Of a stretch of 64,000 nucleotides of DNA, positions 62,701-64,000 are shown piece by piece; position 1 is the first letter of the stretch; the number at the start of each line of letters is the position of its first letter. A model generated the notes under the pieces. The model did not search any database and was not told where the DNA came from. It was given only the letters and a program-made list of their open reading frames with translations. Source of the DNA: Octopus vulgaris (lineage: Eukaryota); assembly GCA_951406725.2 (NCBI GenBank), contig OX597828.1, positions 66,650,001 to 66,714,000 of the forward strand, in the 5' to 3' direction. Both the position numbers and the translations under genes were made by a program.

Positions 62701-63704
62701 CTGTGGATTTTACCACTTCTGAGGTTCCACTTGCTATGAAACATGTAGCCTGGATTTCCCATACTCCATTCCGTAACACTTGTATTCTTTTTCACACACT
62801 TGGCAACCCTGGTTGCTTACCAAAGAATATAATAAGAACCTTTTTCAGCTCATCATTCTTTGATAAAAGAAAAAAAACCATCTGCAACCTTCCATCTCAA
62901 TAAACCACTAGTGTCCCTAAAAGTTGTTTTTTTTAGTATGGATTGCTTGAAGCTAACTTTCTTCCTACAACTCGATTCCTGGATTCTACATTTACACACA
63001 CACACACACACATCTTTGTGTTTATCCCCATCACCGCTTGACAACAAGTGTTGGTTTGTTTATATTCACGTAACTTACTGATTCAGCAAAAAGAGTGATA
63101 GAATAAAGTACCAGGTTTAAAAATAAGTATTGGGTTGATTTGTTTGACTAAACCCTTCAAGGCAGTGCCCCATCATGGCCACAGTCCAAAGACTGAAACA
63201 AATAACATATAAAAGACAGTTGCTGTTATTAACAGTGAAATTGAAAGCTTACGCTTTTAAAAATGATACAACCTAATTTTTAAAGTTTTAGTCTGTTGGT
63301 ATAATTTATGCTTCACTCCTAAAAAAGGAAAGCTGAAATAAATTATTACTGTATTTGAACACACAAAAACTTAAGGAATTCCTCTGAAATTATCTAGAAA
63401 TTATTTAATGTTTTAGAATATGACAATTTATCTTTGCTTTTTTTTATGTTGTTGTTGCCATTCATCTCAAATTGAACTCATTTACTCCAGTTAATTCTTT
63501 CAGAGTGTCTCCTAATTTTGCAGGATATAATAACCATGACATTTCATATTATTCTACACACTTCCAAGTTGTTAGATGTACTTGGCTCTTTCTTTGATTT
63601 CTCTTGGGAATTATCAAACAGTGTCAACTTGTGTCAGCATCAGAAGACTATTATTTTATTTTTGAAATTGTGAAATTATAGCAATCAAATATAAGTTTCA
63701 ATTT

Positions 63705-63895
63705 TTGGCACAAGGCCATCAGGGGCTAAATTGATTAAATTGACCCCCCAGTACTCAACTGGTATTTGTTTTGTCTACCCCAATGGGGTGAAAGGCAAAG
63801 TCAACCCCAGCGGCATTTGAACCCAGAACGTAAAGACAGATGAAACGCTGCTAAGCGTTTTGCCTGGTATGTTAACAATTTTGTCAGCTTGCTGC
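63705..63895 (-). mobile_element. SINE family B, decayed (family-A tail at 63013-63215)
   Basis: Core and B-box remnants. Confidence 0.7.
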
Positions 63896-64000
63896 ATTTG
63901 GTATTTAGATATTAAGTTGGTCAATATATTTAATGTAATCAGCACTAAAAAACTAATTAGAAATATATATATATATGGTAAGGGAAAGACAATATTAGCT

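Noticed and set aside
63524-63675. Second exon of the 60561 gene after TTTTGCAG
   Set aside because: Frame is compatible but there is no good donor and the peptide is unrecognisable

Overview
AT-rich, repeat-dense animal genomic DNA. The repeat families look like a coleoid cephalopod, probably Octopus; that is recognition from memory, not a database result. Most listed ORFs are artefacts of microsatellites and SINEs. The window holds four tRNA-headed SINE families, many RTE LINE 3' ends plus endonuclease and RT fragments, CR1 and mariner remnants, Helitrons, several MITE families with target-site duplications (TSDs), a 1.9-kb AT satellite and a near-perfect 1.37-kb tandem duplication. Host genes: one intact tRNA-Lys(CTT) with a truncated duplicate, and two unidentified candidate first coding exons (minus 31164-31222; plus 60561-60645, signal-peptide-like). 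Most interesting: (i) two long-range imperfect inverted duplications of apparently unique, exon-like sequence (52983-55138 and 35926-37320) that could form ADAR-editing or hairpin-RNA duplexes; (ii) hammerhead-ribozyme relics in Penelope-like foldbacks; (iii) a cluster of young GG-terminated MITEs around the tRNA and promoter zone; (iv) an unexplained GC-rich island and several perfect short hairpins. All alignments and counts were done by eye.
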